A stretch of 57,326 bases of DNA from a virus (taxonomy: Duplodnaviria > Caudoviricetes). The notes beneath the pieces are model-generated. The model searched no databases and had not been told where the DNA came from. It saw only the letters and a list, made by a program, of their open reading frames with translations. The DNA lies in IMG/VR virus record IMGVR_UViG_3300045146_000200, positions 1 to 57,326 of that record; one strand, given 5' to 3'. This document shows, piece by piece, positions 17,684-26,247 of this stretch (position 1 is the first letter of the stretch; each line of letters begins with the position of its first letter). The position numbers and the translations under genes are program-made.

Positions 17684-18952
17684 ATGTCGTCCGAGATCGT
17701 CTGCGACGAGGCGCTCGTGTCCTCAATCATCCAGGACGCACCAGCCGCCGCCGCAATCATCCCCACTCTCAACCCTGCCGAGTTCTTCACCCCATCCCTT
17801 CAGGCCATTGTCCGAGCCATGCAGGAAATGCAAGCCCAGTCCACCCCAATCGACTGGGTGTCAGTCTCCCATGCCATAGGCGGCACGGTAGACGTGAAAT
17901 ACCTCCGCGAAATCATCAAAGAAGCGTCCCCATCCCCTGCACACCTCGCTTTATACCTCCGCAAGCACCGAGAACACGTCGCCCGACGTGACCTCATCTC
18001 GAAGATCGACGACTTCCGCACCCTCCTCGACACCCAAAACACAGGCATTGACGGCATGCTGGAGACGTTCAAGACCGTTTTGGGCACACTAGACACCTCC
18101 GGGGCGCTTTCCAGTGGGTCCGTAACTCTATCTGCCGCACTCGACTCCCTCGAAGCGCAGCAAAGTCAGGGAATCGACACGTCCATCCCCTGTCAGTTCC
18201 CAACCTTAGTCAGTAGAATGGAAGGGGGGCTGCATTTTGGCGAGTATGCAATCCTCGCAGGCCCCCCGAGCATGGGGAAGAGCACTTTAGCCCTGCAACT
18301 GGCCAATCGAGCGTCTGAAACCTTCCCAGTCCTCTACTTTTCCTTCGAGTCCCCAGCTACAGAAGTCGCCAAAACCCTTGTTGCGCAACTAGATCGGCCC
18401 TACGACGACGCCGTTGCCTTCCTCCGAGACCGCAACTTCGTCATCGTGTCCGCCCCAAAGGACGGCATGGGGTTCATTGGGGCTACATGCGCCGAATTCG
18501 TCAAGGAACATGGCCAGTCGCTCATCATAATCGACACGATCAACAGGATTTACGAGGCGTCTCGCCCCTTCGAGACACGCCACCGCGAGCTGTCCTACAT
18601 CTCCAATCGCCTGGACGGCATTGCCGAGGCAACCAACTCTGCCGTTCTTGCCATCGCTCAGCTTAACCGTGCGTTCACGAAGAACATGGAGCGGCCTCCA
18701 CGCATCCAGGACCTGCGCGACTGTGGGGAACTCGAAGAACACGCCGACGTCATCCTGCTCCTCTACTCGAAAAACTACGACAACAAGAACATAAGCATCG
18801 ACGACGAAGTCACGCTTACCCTTGGGAAGCAGCGCAACCGTGCAACAGGCGTCGTATTCCTCGCCTTCGATAAGGCCGGGCGACGATTCTACGAAATTGA
18901 ACCCAAAAAAGACGAAAGGAAACACCATGCAACCAGTTACAAAGACGACTAG
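17684..18952 (+). CDS. dnaB: DnaB-like replicative helicase
   Basis: GPPSMGKST, YFSFE, IIIDTIN, AQLNR, DLRDCGELEEHADVILLL, KQRN. Confidence 0.92.
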   Translation: MSSEIVCDEALVSSIIQDAPAAAAIIPTLNPAEFFTPSLQAIVRAMQEMQAQSTPIDWVSVSHAIGGTVDVKYLREIIKEASPSPAHLALYLRKHREHVARRDLISKIDDFRTLLDTQNTGIDGMLETFKTVLGTLDTSGALSSGSVTLSAALDSLEAQQSQGIDTSIPCQFPTLVSRMEGGLHFGEYAILAGPPSMGKSTLALQLANRASETFPVLYFSFESPATEVAKTLVAQLDRPYDDAVAFLRDRNFVIVSAPKDGMGFIGATCAEFVKEHGQSLIIIDTINRIYEASRPFETRHRELSYISNRLDGIAEATNSAVLAIAQLNRAFTKNMERPPRIQDLRDCGELEEHADVILLLYSKNYDNKNISIDDEVTLTLGKQRNRATGVVFLAFDKAGRRFYEIEPKKDERKHHATSYKDD

Positions 18953-19151
18953 TCGGGCCGAAAAAGCCTACTATTCTGCCGTCGAACTCTACCTGCTACA
19001 CGTCCTCCACTGCCGAACCTGTCTGGTCCAAGGCAAGCAAGTAGACTTCGAGCAACGCTGTGCCACCGGGAAGGAACTTTGGAACGATATCGAACTCCTT
19101 GGGGACATCTACATCCACTCCACACCAGAAAGGGAATCCTCTCATGCCTGA
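18927..19151 (+). CDS. Small Cys/His protein
   Basis: AAAGGA RBS; HVLHCRTC...CATG. Confidence 0.6.
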   Translation: MQPVTKTTSRAEKAYYSAVELYLLHVLHCRTCLVQGKQVDFEQRCATGKELWNDIELLGDIYIHSTPERESSHA

Positions 19152-19364
19152 CTACCCCCTTCGCACAGTCCGCGCTGCCCCGTCTGCCATACCAACCACA
19201 ACGGCGAGACTATCCTCGTGGCCATCGACGGTACACAGGAAGGCAAATTATGTCAAGGCATTCCAGTCCACCTCTGGTGCGCCTTCCCTAACCAGTTCAA
19301 CCTAGGGTGCCGTATCCTTTATCGGAAGTGTGTCGAACCTAAACCAGTTTCAGTAAAGGAGTAA
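19144..19364 (+). pseudogene. Small Cys-containing gene apparently split by a frameshift
   Basis: ATG at 19144 is out of frame with the protein-like CPVCHT...VAIDGT...VHLWC reading that ends at TAA 19364. Confidence 0.4.
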
Positions 19365-19368
19365 GACC

Positions 19369-19707
19369 ATGACCATCCTCCCGTGCCCAATCTGTAAGTC
19401 AACCCGAGACATCCTCATCGCCCAGCCCTACCTCAGCACAACGACATCTTTGCGACTGTCCTGCTCAGACCACTGGCGCACATTCTTCCATCCAGACCTC
19501 AACGACGCCGTAACCGAGTGGAACGAAGAAGTCAGGCGCAAGCAAGCCGCCGCGCCCAGCGAGCATGACTCAGACCAGGCCGCCTCGCCCGACCGAATCG
19601 ATAAGCTCGAAGACCTCATGGCGAAGCTGCCAGACGCCCTACGCTCTGCCATCGACGAGCAGACGATTCCCCCCAAACCCAGAAAGGCCAAGCGCTCTCA
19701 TGACTAG
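19369..19707 (+). CDS. Lar (restriction alleviation)-like zinc-ribbon protein
   Basis: LPCPICKS...AVTEWN. Confidence 0.55.
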   Translation: MTILPCPICKSTRDILIAQPYLSTTTSLRLSCSDHWRTFFHPDLNDAVTEWNEEVRRKQAAAPSEHDSDQAASPDRIDKLEDLMAKLPDALRSAIDEQTIPPKPRKAKRSHD

Positions 19708-20080
19708 CCCCCTTCCCCCATACGACCCAGACTGGATCTCAGTTGACGCCAGACTTCCTGCCCCAACAACACCAGTCCTCGTCGTCCAAGGCCAGGACTT
19801 GCACGTCATTTATGCCGTCGCCGTTTTCAACCCGGAAACCAAAGTATTCATGCTCGATGACTGGTACACACGTTCCCCAGGCCACTACACGCACATCGGC
19901 AACGTCCGATTCTGGAAGCCTATCGTCCCCCCTCATGCCATAGCCAGACCCAACTACGTCAAGTGCGCCTACTGTACCAACGACCGCCCCCCAGACAACT
20001 CAGAATGCCCCACCTGTGGCTATACCCCCGGAAATGCCACCCTCGTTATCCGCCAAAATTCAGAGAAATCCCATGACTAA
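19700..20080 (+). CDS. DUF551-like protein with C-terminal zinc ribbon
   Basis: WISVDARLP...VRFWKPI; CAYC...CPTC. Confidence 0.7.
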   Translation: MTSPLPPYDPDWISVDARLPAPTTPVLVVQGQDLHVIYAVAVFNPETKVFMLDDWYTRSPGHYTHIGNVRFWKPIVPPHAIARPNYVKCAYCTNDRPPDNSECPTCGYTPGNATLVIRQNSEKSHD

Positions 20081-20450
20081 ACAACCCATCGAGCCCATCC
20101 AACTGCTGCTTGCCGCAATAGACTCCGAGTACGACGCCATCTATAAGCGCATCCAAACACTCAAAGACATCGTGGCAAAGGCGCATGCCCAAGCCACAGA
20201 TCCGAAAGCATCAGCCGTTTTACATGGCCCGCCGTTCACCGACACCCAACGCCTTGACTGGTTCGACAGTTTGATAGCCATGAAGCACGACACCAAACTC
20301 TTAGTTCTCCAGACCCGCATTCGCGACCACGAGGTACTCAACGGTCTCCCACACAACGCCGCCCTGCGCGCGGCCATCGACGAGCAAATGCGACCTATCC
20401 CCCCAAGGACGCCACCGGTTGAACCCGAACCCCAAACCAAGGAAGGCTAA
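20073..20450 (+). CDS. Hypothetical protein
   Basis: DTQRLDWF...LRAAIDEQM, a common phage small-protein motif. Confidence 0.65.
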   Translation: MTKQPIEPIQLLLAAIDSEYDAIYKRIQTLKDIVAKAHAQATDPKASAVLHGPPFTDTQRLDWFDSLIAMKHDTKLLVLQTRIRDHEVLNGLPHNAALRAAIDEQMRPIPPRTPPVEPEPQTKEG

Positions 20451-20455
20451 CCCCC

Positions 20456-20692
20456 ATGACTAAACACATCCCAGCCCCAATCCATACCGTCCGGTGCAAG
20501 AATGGCATGGCCAAACAGTTTCGCCTCACCCGCCAACTTGCCATCTCTCTCATGTGTTCCGAGTGCCTAGGCTTCGAGGGTGACCCACAAGTATGCTGCA
20601 CATCACCCATGTGCCCCCTCTTCCCATACCGCCGCCGAACCATCCGATCCCACAGGGGCAATATCCCCCTCAATTCCACGAAAGGCCATTAA
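20456..20692 (+). CDS. Small four-Cys phage protein
   Basis: AISLMCSEC...CTSPMCPLFPYR. Confidence 0.75.
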   Translation: MTKHIPAPIHTVRCKNGMAKQFRLTRQLAISLMCSECLGFEGDPQVCCTSPMCPLFPYRRRTIRSHRGNIPLNSTKGH

Positions 20693-20855
20693 ACGCATAC
20701 TTACGCCCCTATTTTGAATCCGGACCGAAAAAACGTGAAAAAGTGCCTTCAAGCAAAAACTTTTCAAATTAGACCCGTTTCTGCCCCTTCTGACGTGTCC
20801 TGCAAGGCTCCTAATGCCTCGACCCCATCCCAAAACCCCAATAAGGCACACCCTC

Positions 20856-21074
20856 ATGCCCATCCAACCCATTGACGCCCTCGCTCGCATCATCGTTCAC
20901 TGCTACGCCGCTATCGAACACCAAGGCTATCACCCAGAATACAAAAAAGCCTGCATGGATATCCTCAAAGTCATCGAGTCCACACCTCTCCCAAAGTGGT
21001 CCAACCGCCGCTGCTTCCTCTGTAAGTCACCCCTGCCAATGAGAAAGGAGAAACCCCGTGCCCGCAAAGCCTGA
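20856..21074 (+). CDS. Hypothetical protein
   Basis: Shares LKVIESTP block with next gene; CFLC. Confidence 0.55.
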   Translation: MPIQPIDALARIIVHCYAAIEHQGYHPEYKKACMDILKVIESTPLPKWSNRRCFLCKSPLPMRKEKPRARKA

Positions 21075-21531
21075 CATCCTCCCCCAACTACGTGAACTGG
21101 CCGAAAAGTGGGAGGGAGAAGCCTGTACCGCAGTCACCCACGCCAACGCCTTCCGTATCAGCCACGATACGCCGAACTTCCGTTCATACGCCGCCCTCGC
21201 GAGCGCACTCGTCACCTGCTCCCTGGAACTCCTCAAAGTCATCGAGTCCACCCCCACCCCAAAGCAGGCCACGCCCACAGAGCAATGGCGACCAGTCACC
21301 GAGACTGAACCAAAAGAAGATGACGAGGTGCTCGTGTGCGGCTCAATATCCTTCCCAGGAGCATGCATGCTTGCTTATCGAGCGTCCAACCGCTGGTGGG
21401 CTCAAGGTAATGATGCCGAAGATTATCAAATTGCATGTCCAACCCTCTGGCTGCCCATCCCACCTCCACCGCAAAGTCTGCCCCCCTCTTTCAAACCTAG
21501 CATAGGCATTGGATCCCCAAAGAAGGAGTAA
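21058..21531 (+). CDS. Protein with C-terminal DUF551-like domain
   Basis: AAGGAG + GTG start; WRPVTETEP...PTLWLPIPPPP. Confidence 0.7.
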   Translation: MPAKPDILPQLRELAEKWEGEACTAVTHANAFRISHDTPNFRSYAALASALVTCSLELLKVIESTPTPKQATPTEQWRPVTETEPKEDDEVLVCGSISFPGACMLAYRASNRWWAQGNDAEDYQIACPTLWLPIPPPPQSLPPSFKPSIGIGSPKKE

Positions 21532-21535
21532 ACCC

Positions 21536-21796
21536 ATGCCCGCAAAACCTGACCTCCTCCGCCAACTGCTTGAACTGGCCGAAAAGTGGAATAACGAAGC
21601 CAGTAGCGAAGCCTCGAACGCCAACATCTTCCGTAACCACCACGATATGCTGAACTTCCGCACATCCGCCGTCCTCGCAGCAGCCTTCGCAACCCACTCC
21701 CAGGAACTCCTCGATGTCATCAAAAAACACCAGCCTCACCAACCAGACATCCCCTCCTGCGACTCCCTGGGCATGGGATTCCCAAAGGACACGTAG
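21536..21796 (+). CDS. Paralogue of the N-terminal domain of 21058..21531
   Basis: Both begin MPAKPD.L.QL.ELAEKW..EA...AN.FR; AAGGAG RBS. Confidence 0.7.
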   Translation: MPAKPDLLRQLLELAEKWNNEASSEASNANIFRNHHDMLNFRTSAVLAAAFATHSQELLDVIKKHQPHQPDIPSCDSLGMGFPKDT

Positions 21797-21810
21797 CCAA
21801 CCACCACCCC

Positions 21811-22911
21811 ATGACAACTCCCCTCAAAGCCCCCTTCCCCTACTTCGGTGGTAAGTCCTCTATCGCACCTGAGATATGGTCCCGATTCGGATCCGTCCGC
21901 AACTACGTCGAACCCTTCGCAGGCTCCGCAGCCATGCTCCTTGCTCGCCCGAAACCCTGGGACGGCACCGAAACTATCAACGACGCCGACGGCATGGTCT
22001 CCAACTTCTGGCGCGCCCTTCAGCATGACCCCGACGCCGTCGCTCACCACGCCGACTGGCCTGTCAATGAAGCTGACCTCACCGCACGCCATATCTGGCT
22101 CGTCAATCGCAGGGACTCTCTCACCGAACGCCTTATGGCTGACCCAGACTGGTTCGACCCCAAAGCCGCTGGCTGGTGGGTCTGGGGCATGTGCTGCTGG
22201 ATAGGTGGCGGCTTCTGCTCGGGCAAAGGCTCGTGGACCTCGCTCGACGGCAAGATCGTCAAAACAGACAACCTGGGCGTCAAGCGCAAGATGGTCCACC
22301 TGGGCGATGCAGGCAAGGGCGTCAACCGCAAGGTTGTCCACCTGGGCAATCCGGGCCAGGGCGTCAACCGCCAGGTTGTCAACCTGCGCAACGCTGGCAT
22401 GGGCGTCAACCGCTCCAGCCTTCACGCTTCAAACCCAGCCGACGCTATCGGCCAATGCCAACAGTCCACCGAAAATCTCACCGCCTACATGCGCATACTA
22501 GCAGATAGACTCCGGCTCGTTCGCGTCTGCTGTGGCGATTGGTCACGCGTCTGCGGTCCATCCCCAACCGTAGCCCTCGGCACCACAGCCGTTTTCCTCG
22601 ACCCCCCGTACTCCACCGAAGCTGGCCGAGATCCAACCCTCTACGCCTCCGAAGACCTCTCCGTCGCCCACGCCGCCCGCGAATGGGCTCTGCAACAAGG
22701 CCAAGACCCACGCATGCGCATCGCCCTATGTGGCTACGAAGGTGAACACCCAATGCCAGACTCCTGGGACCGCTTCGAGTGGAAAGCGAATGGAGGCTAC
22801 TCCAGCCTGGCCGACGATGATGACTCCCAAGGCAAACTCAACTCCCGCCGCGAACGCGTCTACTTCTCCCCTCACTGCCCCAAACCAGCCGCCCAACTCT
22901 CACTCTTCTGA
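21811..22911 (+). CDS. D12-class (Dam-like) N6-adenine DNA methyltransferase
   Basis: FPYFGGKS, YVEPFAGS, ETIND, FLDPPY. Confidence 0.92.
   Translation: MTTPLKAPFPYFGGKSSIAPEIWSRFGSVRNYVEPFAGSAAMLLARPKPWDGTETINDADGMVSNFWRALQHDPDAVAHHADWPVNEADLTARHIWLVNRRDSLTERLMADPDWFDPKAAGWWVWGMCCWIGGGFCSGKGSWTSLDGKIVKTDNLGVKRKMVHLGDAGKGVNRKVVHLGNPGQGVNRQVVNLRNAGMGVNRSSLHASNPADAIGQCQQSTENLTAYMRILADRLRLVRVCCGDWSRVCGPSPTVALGTTAVFLDPPYSTEAGRDPTLYASEDLSVAHAAREWALQQGQDPRMRIALCGYEGEHPMPDSWDRFEWKANGGYSSLADDDDSQGKLNSRRERVYFSPHCPKPAAQLSLF
22276..22413 (+). repeat. 42-bp (14-aa) tandem repeat inside the methyltransferase
   Basis: GV(K/N)RxxV(H/N)LxxxGx x3 plus a final GVNR; GGCGTCAA(G/C)CGC recurs every 42 bp. Confidence 0.85.
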
Positions 22912-22916
22912 CCACA

Positions 22917-22945
22917 TTGACCCCCGTCTCACTACATGCTATGCT
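22917..22945 (+). promoter_or_regulatory. Sigma70 promoter
   Basis: TTGACC-17-TATGCT with extended TG. Confidence 0.65.
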
Positions 22946-22948
22946 TCT

Positions 22949-23060
22949 GGCGACTCGACCTGGTTCATCGCCCTATGACAATTCGATAAAACCCCCAGCC
23001 AAGGGAACCCCACCAAATCGGTGAACTGGGTTCGAGTCACCTTGGCCGGGGGTCGTTTTT
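22949..23060 (+). ncRNA. Candidate cis-regulatory leader RNA with two interleaved stems and a T tail
   Basis: 22949-70 pairs with 23019-41; 22991-23004 pairs with 23040-53; T5 follows. Confidence 0.5.
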
Positions 23061-23076
23061 CCAAAAGTGACCACCC

Positions 23077-23736
23077 ATGTCAGGGAAAGGCAAAGTACTA
23101 TCACAGTGTGCTCAGTGTTTACCGTATTCTCATGTGTCGCAAGTATCCGACGTATGGCAGACCCTGGCCGCCACCCTGCCCAATGGCATAAAGGCCATCA
23201 TCGAACTCTATGACTACACCAACTATTACAAGGCCGGATACCATATACCCAGGTACATCAAAGGCCAACTCCTGGAATTGGGGTGCGACCCGGACACAGC
23301 CAAACCAGATTGGTTTTCCAGTTTTATCGAAAAGGCCGCCGACGAACTCGACCTTGAAGACACCGAAATCGAACTCATTGTTGGCACATACCTAAAGGCG
23401 TTCCCATTGACTACCACACCCGAAGGCTACGACAAACTTTCCGAAGCTATGCGCACGGCAGAGAAAATCCAACTCCCGTCCCTAGCCCCAATCAACCTCA
23501 GACCGACTACCTTGCTCGTGGCTAAACTAGCCTACACTCTTAGCCTAGACAACCCAGACTCATTCGTGCTCCCTCAGCACCGGATAGCCCAGTGGCTCAA
23601 AATCAGCCAGCCTACAGTCTCAGCAATGCTGACAATCTTGGAAACCAGGGGAGTCATCAAGTGCACGGACAACACCTACTCGTTGTCCGCCCATAAAGCC
23701 AAAGAATACCGCTTCATCTACTCCCCTAAGAAGTAA
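23077..23736 (+). CDS. Hypothetical protein with C-terminal winged HTH
   Basis: QHRIAQWLKISQPTVSAMLTILETRGVIK...KAKEYRF. Confidence 0.7.
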   Translation: MSGKGKVLSQCAQCLPYSHVSQVSDVWQTLAATLPNGIKAIIELYDYTNYYKAGYHIPRYIKGQLLELGCDPDTAKPDWFSSFIEKAADELDLEDTEIELIVGTYLKAFPLTTTPEGYDKLSEAMRTAEKIQLPSLAPINLRPTTLLVAKLAYTLSLDNPDSFVLPQHRIAQWLKISQPTVSAMLTILETRGVIKCTDNTYSLSAHKAKEYRFIYSPKK

Positions 23737-23739
23737 GAC

Positions 23740-24540
23740 CAGGACAGGCGCCCCTAGGCGGCAACATGACCGCCTCAACCCTCGACCTCTCCTTCGGTTC
23801 AAATAGCTTGGAGGCGACATCCTCCTCCAAGCTATTTTCCCTCGGACGACCAACTCCCCCCTGCCTCCCCACCAACCCTCGCCCTATCCCTCTTGGCCAC
23901 CTGACTCAGAAGTTCCTCCAACTCCATCGAATCCAGACAAGCATTCTTTCCAGCCTCGCCAAAAGGGACCCTCGCGGCCCCTCCCCCACCCTCACGTATA
24001 CGTGCCCGCACGCGATAGAGGAGTTAGTACTGACTCCAAGGAAGGGGTCTTAATCGGAAAGTCTGAAGTCTGAAAGTCTGAGTGCCTGCCCTCTGCATTC
24101 TGCCCTCCGCCTCTGATTCTGCCTCTGACCGCGCTCCCCAGAGCGATTCCTCTGAAAACGCGCCCATAAGGGCGATTGGCATGGGGCGAGAGGCCATGCC
24201 GGTATTGTGTATAAGAAAGGGGGCGGGGTGTCCGCGGGGGTCTCCCCCCGTCGGTGGCAGGGGGGGGCTCTCCCTTGGCTAGTGAAGCCTAGGCATGCGG
24301 CGCATGAGGGCCGGGAAGGGGCGAGGGGAACTGTCCAGATAATTGATCTTATCACGTGAGTTTGTCCCGATAGCCAGGAGTTCGCCCCAGGATTGCACCC
24401 ACATTGCCAGGTCGGAACTCACGTGATAATCAGCATGGCCCGGCCGGGATTGCGGCGGGACGGTCCGCCTGAAGCCCGGCCCTCGCGTCCACCTGGGACG
24501 CACCCTATCGGGACACGGGAAGCGAACCGGACTGGCTATT
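23740..24540. other. Non-coding region with skew inversion, short repeats and G/C runs; probable genome terminus or packaging region
   Basis: C-rich to G-rich switch, CACGTATACGTG palindrome (23993-24004), AAGTCTG x3 near 24059-24080, CTCTG repeats, poly-G/poly-C runs. Confidence 0.5.
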
Positions 24541-24549
24541 CGGGTCAGC

Positions 24550-24696
24550 GCGTCATTTTGGCGCGCCAATTTGGCGTAGTGGTGGGGTTTGTGGCGGGAA
24601 AGTGTGGGCATAGTTCCCCCGACCCCATCTTTGCTCGGCGCGTCAAATTGGCGTGCCAGGATAGCGCGATGCGTCATAATGGCGCGTTTTTGGCGC
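24550..24696. promoter_or_regulatory. Array of enhancer-like palindromes (GCGYCA-N3-TGGCGY)
   Basis: Good copies at 24550, 24563, 24640, 24671; degenerate copies at 24653, 24684. Confidence 0.7.
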
Positions 24697-24748
24697 AGCC
24701 TGAAATCCTATTAGCTTGTGCCGCAATAAGTTACGATTGCCTACGATA

Positions 24749-24764
24749 TGGTACTAGGCTTGCA
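24749..24764 (+). promoter_or_regulatory. Sigma54 (-24/-12) promoter
   Basis: TGGTAC-TAGGC-TTGCA with exact GG-N10-GC spacing; IHF-like CAA-TAAG-TTA at 24724-33. Confidence 0.78.
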
Positions 24765-24825
24765 TGTATGTTGTGTGCGTTTGGGAAGGGCTGAAACCTA
24801 ACACCTTGTAGACGGAGGATACGCT

Positions 24826-25041
24826 ATGCGTCGCCATCGGCGGAAGTGTATGCGCTGTGGGGACAGAGGAGACGTGGTGGATTGTGGGCTGGAATGCCGG
24901 ACGTGGGGGCGGAGAGTCTGGTTGTGTCGGGAATGCTTGGAGGCGTCAGACTACCGTAACCTGTATGGGGAAACGAGGCGGGACGAGGCGAACGCGAACG
25001 ACATTCTTTTCCGCATCATTTTTCCGGGCCGGATTCTGTAA
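24826..25041 (+). CDS. Early small zinc-finger protein
   Basis: GGAGG RBS; CMRC...LCREC. Confidence 0.65.
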   Translation: MRRHRRKCMRCGDRGDVVDCGLECRTWGRRVWLCRECLEASDYRNLYGETRRDEANANDILFRIIFPGRIL

Positions 25042-25065
25042 CACCTTGTAGGGGAGAGAGACGCT

Positions 25066-25533
25066 ATGGCTACTGTGCCTTGCTTGGCTTGCAATGCTGA
25101 TATGCCCGGGTACGTCAAGATGGGATGGTATACGGTTTACTTCTCCGGTCCGACTGAGAATGCTTGTGTGGACTTGGTTGCGCTGGTCAACGCGTTGCCG
25201 CATGGTTCGGGCATCGATTCGGATTGGCACGTGGAAGTTGCCCAGAATGGGAACGTCCGGTGCTGCAATTCCTATCATGCCATGGACGACAATGGCATGT
25301 ATTGTGGCTACCGGGACTTCTCCTTCCGCTTGTTCCGGTACACTCGGGACGAGAAGCATCCGCTTCGTGGCCCTTGCGCTGGGCAGGTTCAAGTGACATA
25401 CCGGAAGGGAGATATCGGGATGAGCATGAGGGGAAGCTCGGACCTGCACGAGTATCTGTATGAGACATGCGAAGCTGCTCTGTCGGAGGCTGGGATTGTT
25501 TCGCCGATGCGGCAAGAAATCGAAGCCGCTTAA
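25066..25533 (+). CDS. Early hypothetical protein
   Basis: LPHGSGID...SYHAMDDNGMYCG; shared start motif. Confidence 0.75.
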   Translation: MATVPCLACNADMPGYVKMGWYTVYFSGPTENACVDLVALVNALPHGSGIDSDWHVEVAQNGNVRCCNSYHAMDDNGMYCGYRDFSFRLFRYTRDEKHPLRGPCAGQVQVTYRKGDIGMSMRGSSDLHEYLYETCEAALSEAGIVSPMRQEIEAA

Positions 25534-25560
25534 CCCCTAACCCCTTTGGAGACTCACACT

Positions 25561-25938
25561 ATGGCAACGACTATGGAGTACCTTCGGCGCGTTCGGTTTG
25601 CGGATCACGTGTTGGAAACGTGGGAAACTGGCAAGGCGTCCTCTTCTCACCAGTATCTCGGCTATCGGTTGACCGGCCCGGATGGCATGGTGATTTTCGA
25701 GGGCGAGGACTTCGGTTGTCCTGGCTCGATGTCGATTGACTCCGATGCTACCTTGCGCAATCTTCTGGGCTTCCTGACTCTTCGTCCGGGCGATACCGAC
25801 GAAGAGTACTTCGCGAACTACACTCCGGCCCAATTGGCTTGGGCACAGGCTAACGGCGAAGAGCTTAGTCTGTGGTCGTTTGAGCGTGGGGACTTCGGCG
25901 ACGACTTCGAGGAAGCCGCCTTCGAGGACCTCAAATAG
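25561..25938 (+). CDS. Early acidic hypothetical protein
   Basis: GGAG...CACTATG start; FLTLRPGDTDEEYFANYT. Confidence 0.75.
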   Translation: MATTMEYLRRVRFADHVLETWETGKASSSHQYLGYRLTGPDGMVIFEGEDFGCPGSMSIDSDATLRNLLGFLTLRPGDTDEEYFANYTPAQLAWAQANGEELSLWSFERGDFGDDFEEAAFEDLK

Positions 25939-26025
25939 CCCCTAACTCCGGGCATCGGCCCGGGCCACGGTTCCGCTTGGAGCTGTAACCCGGGCCGAAG
26001 TTCCTACTTTGAGGAGGGCGTCACT

Positions 26026-26235
26026 ATGACACTAGAGCGAGCGCGCGCTAAGGCGGCGGTTTTGTCGGCGCAATCTGGCGGCCGCCCCACCTACGTTGTT
26101 TTAATTCAACACGACGGCGACAAAATGACGTTCCAAGCGTGCCAGCTTGGCTACATTGGCGACGATGATTTTACGGCACGCGGGGGGCTCGTAGTAGAAG
26201 AGGTCACTATTCGGGCTGAAGTTCTTATACTTTAA
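26026..26235 (+). CDS. Early hypothetical protein
   Basis: GAGGAGG...CACTATG start. Confidence 0.65.
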   Translation: MTLERARAKAAVLSAQSGGRPTYVVLIQHDGDKMTFQACQLGYIGDDDFTARGGLVVEEVTIRAEVLIL

Positions 26236-26247
26236 GGAGTTCACACT

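Noticed and set aside
23019-23045. GGTTCGAGTC resembling a tRNA T-loop
   Set aside because: Flanks do not form a T-stem (CTGGG versus CACCT) and no cloverleaf is present; the bases pair better with 22949-70.
23766-24794. ORFs called in the putative terminus and enhancer region
   Set aside because: Low-complexity translations, no RBS, and overlap with repeats and regulatory sites.
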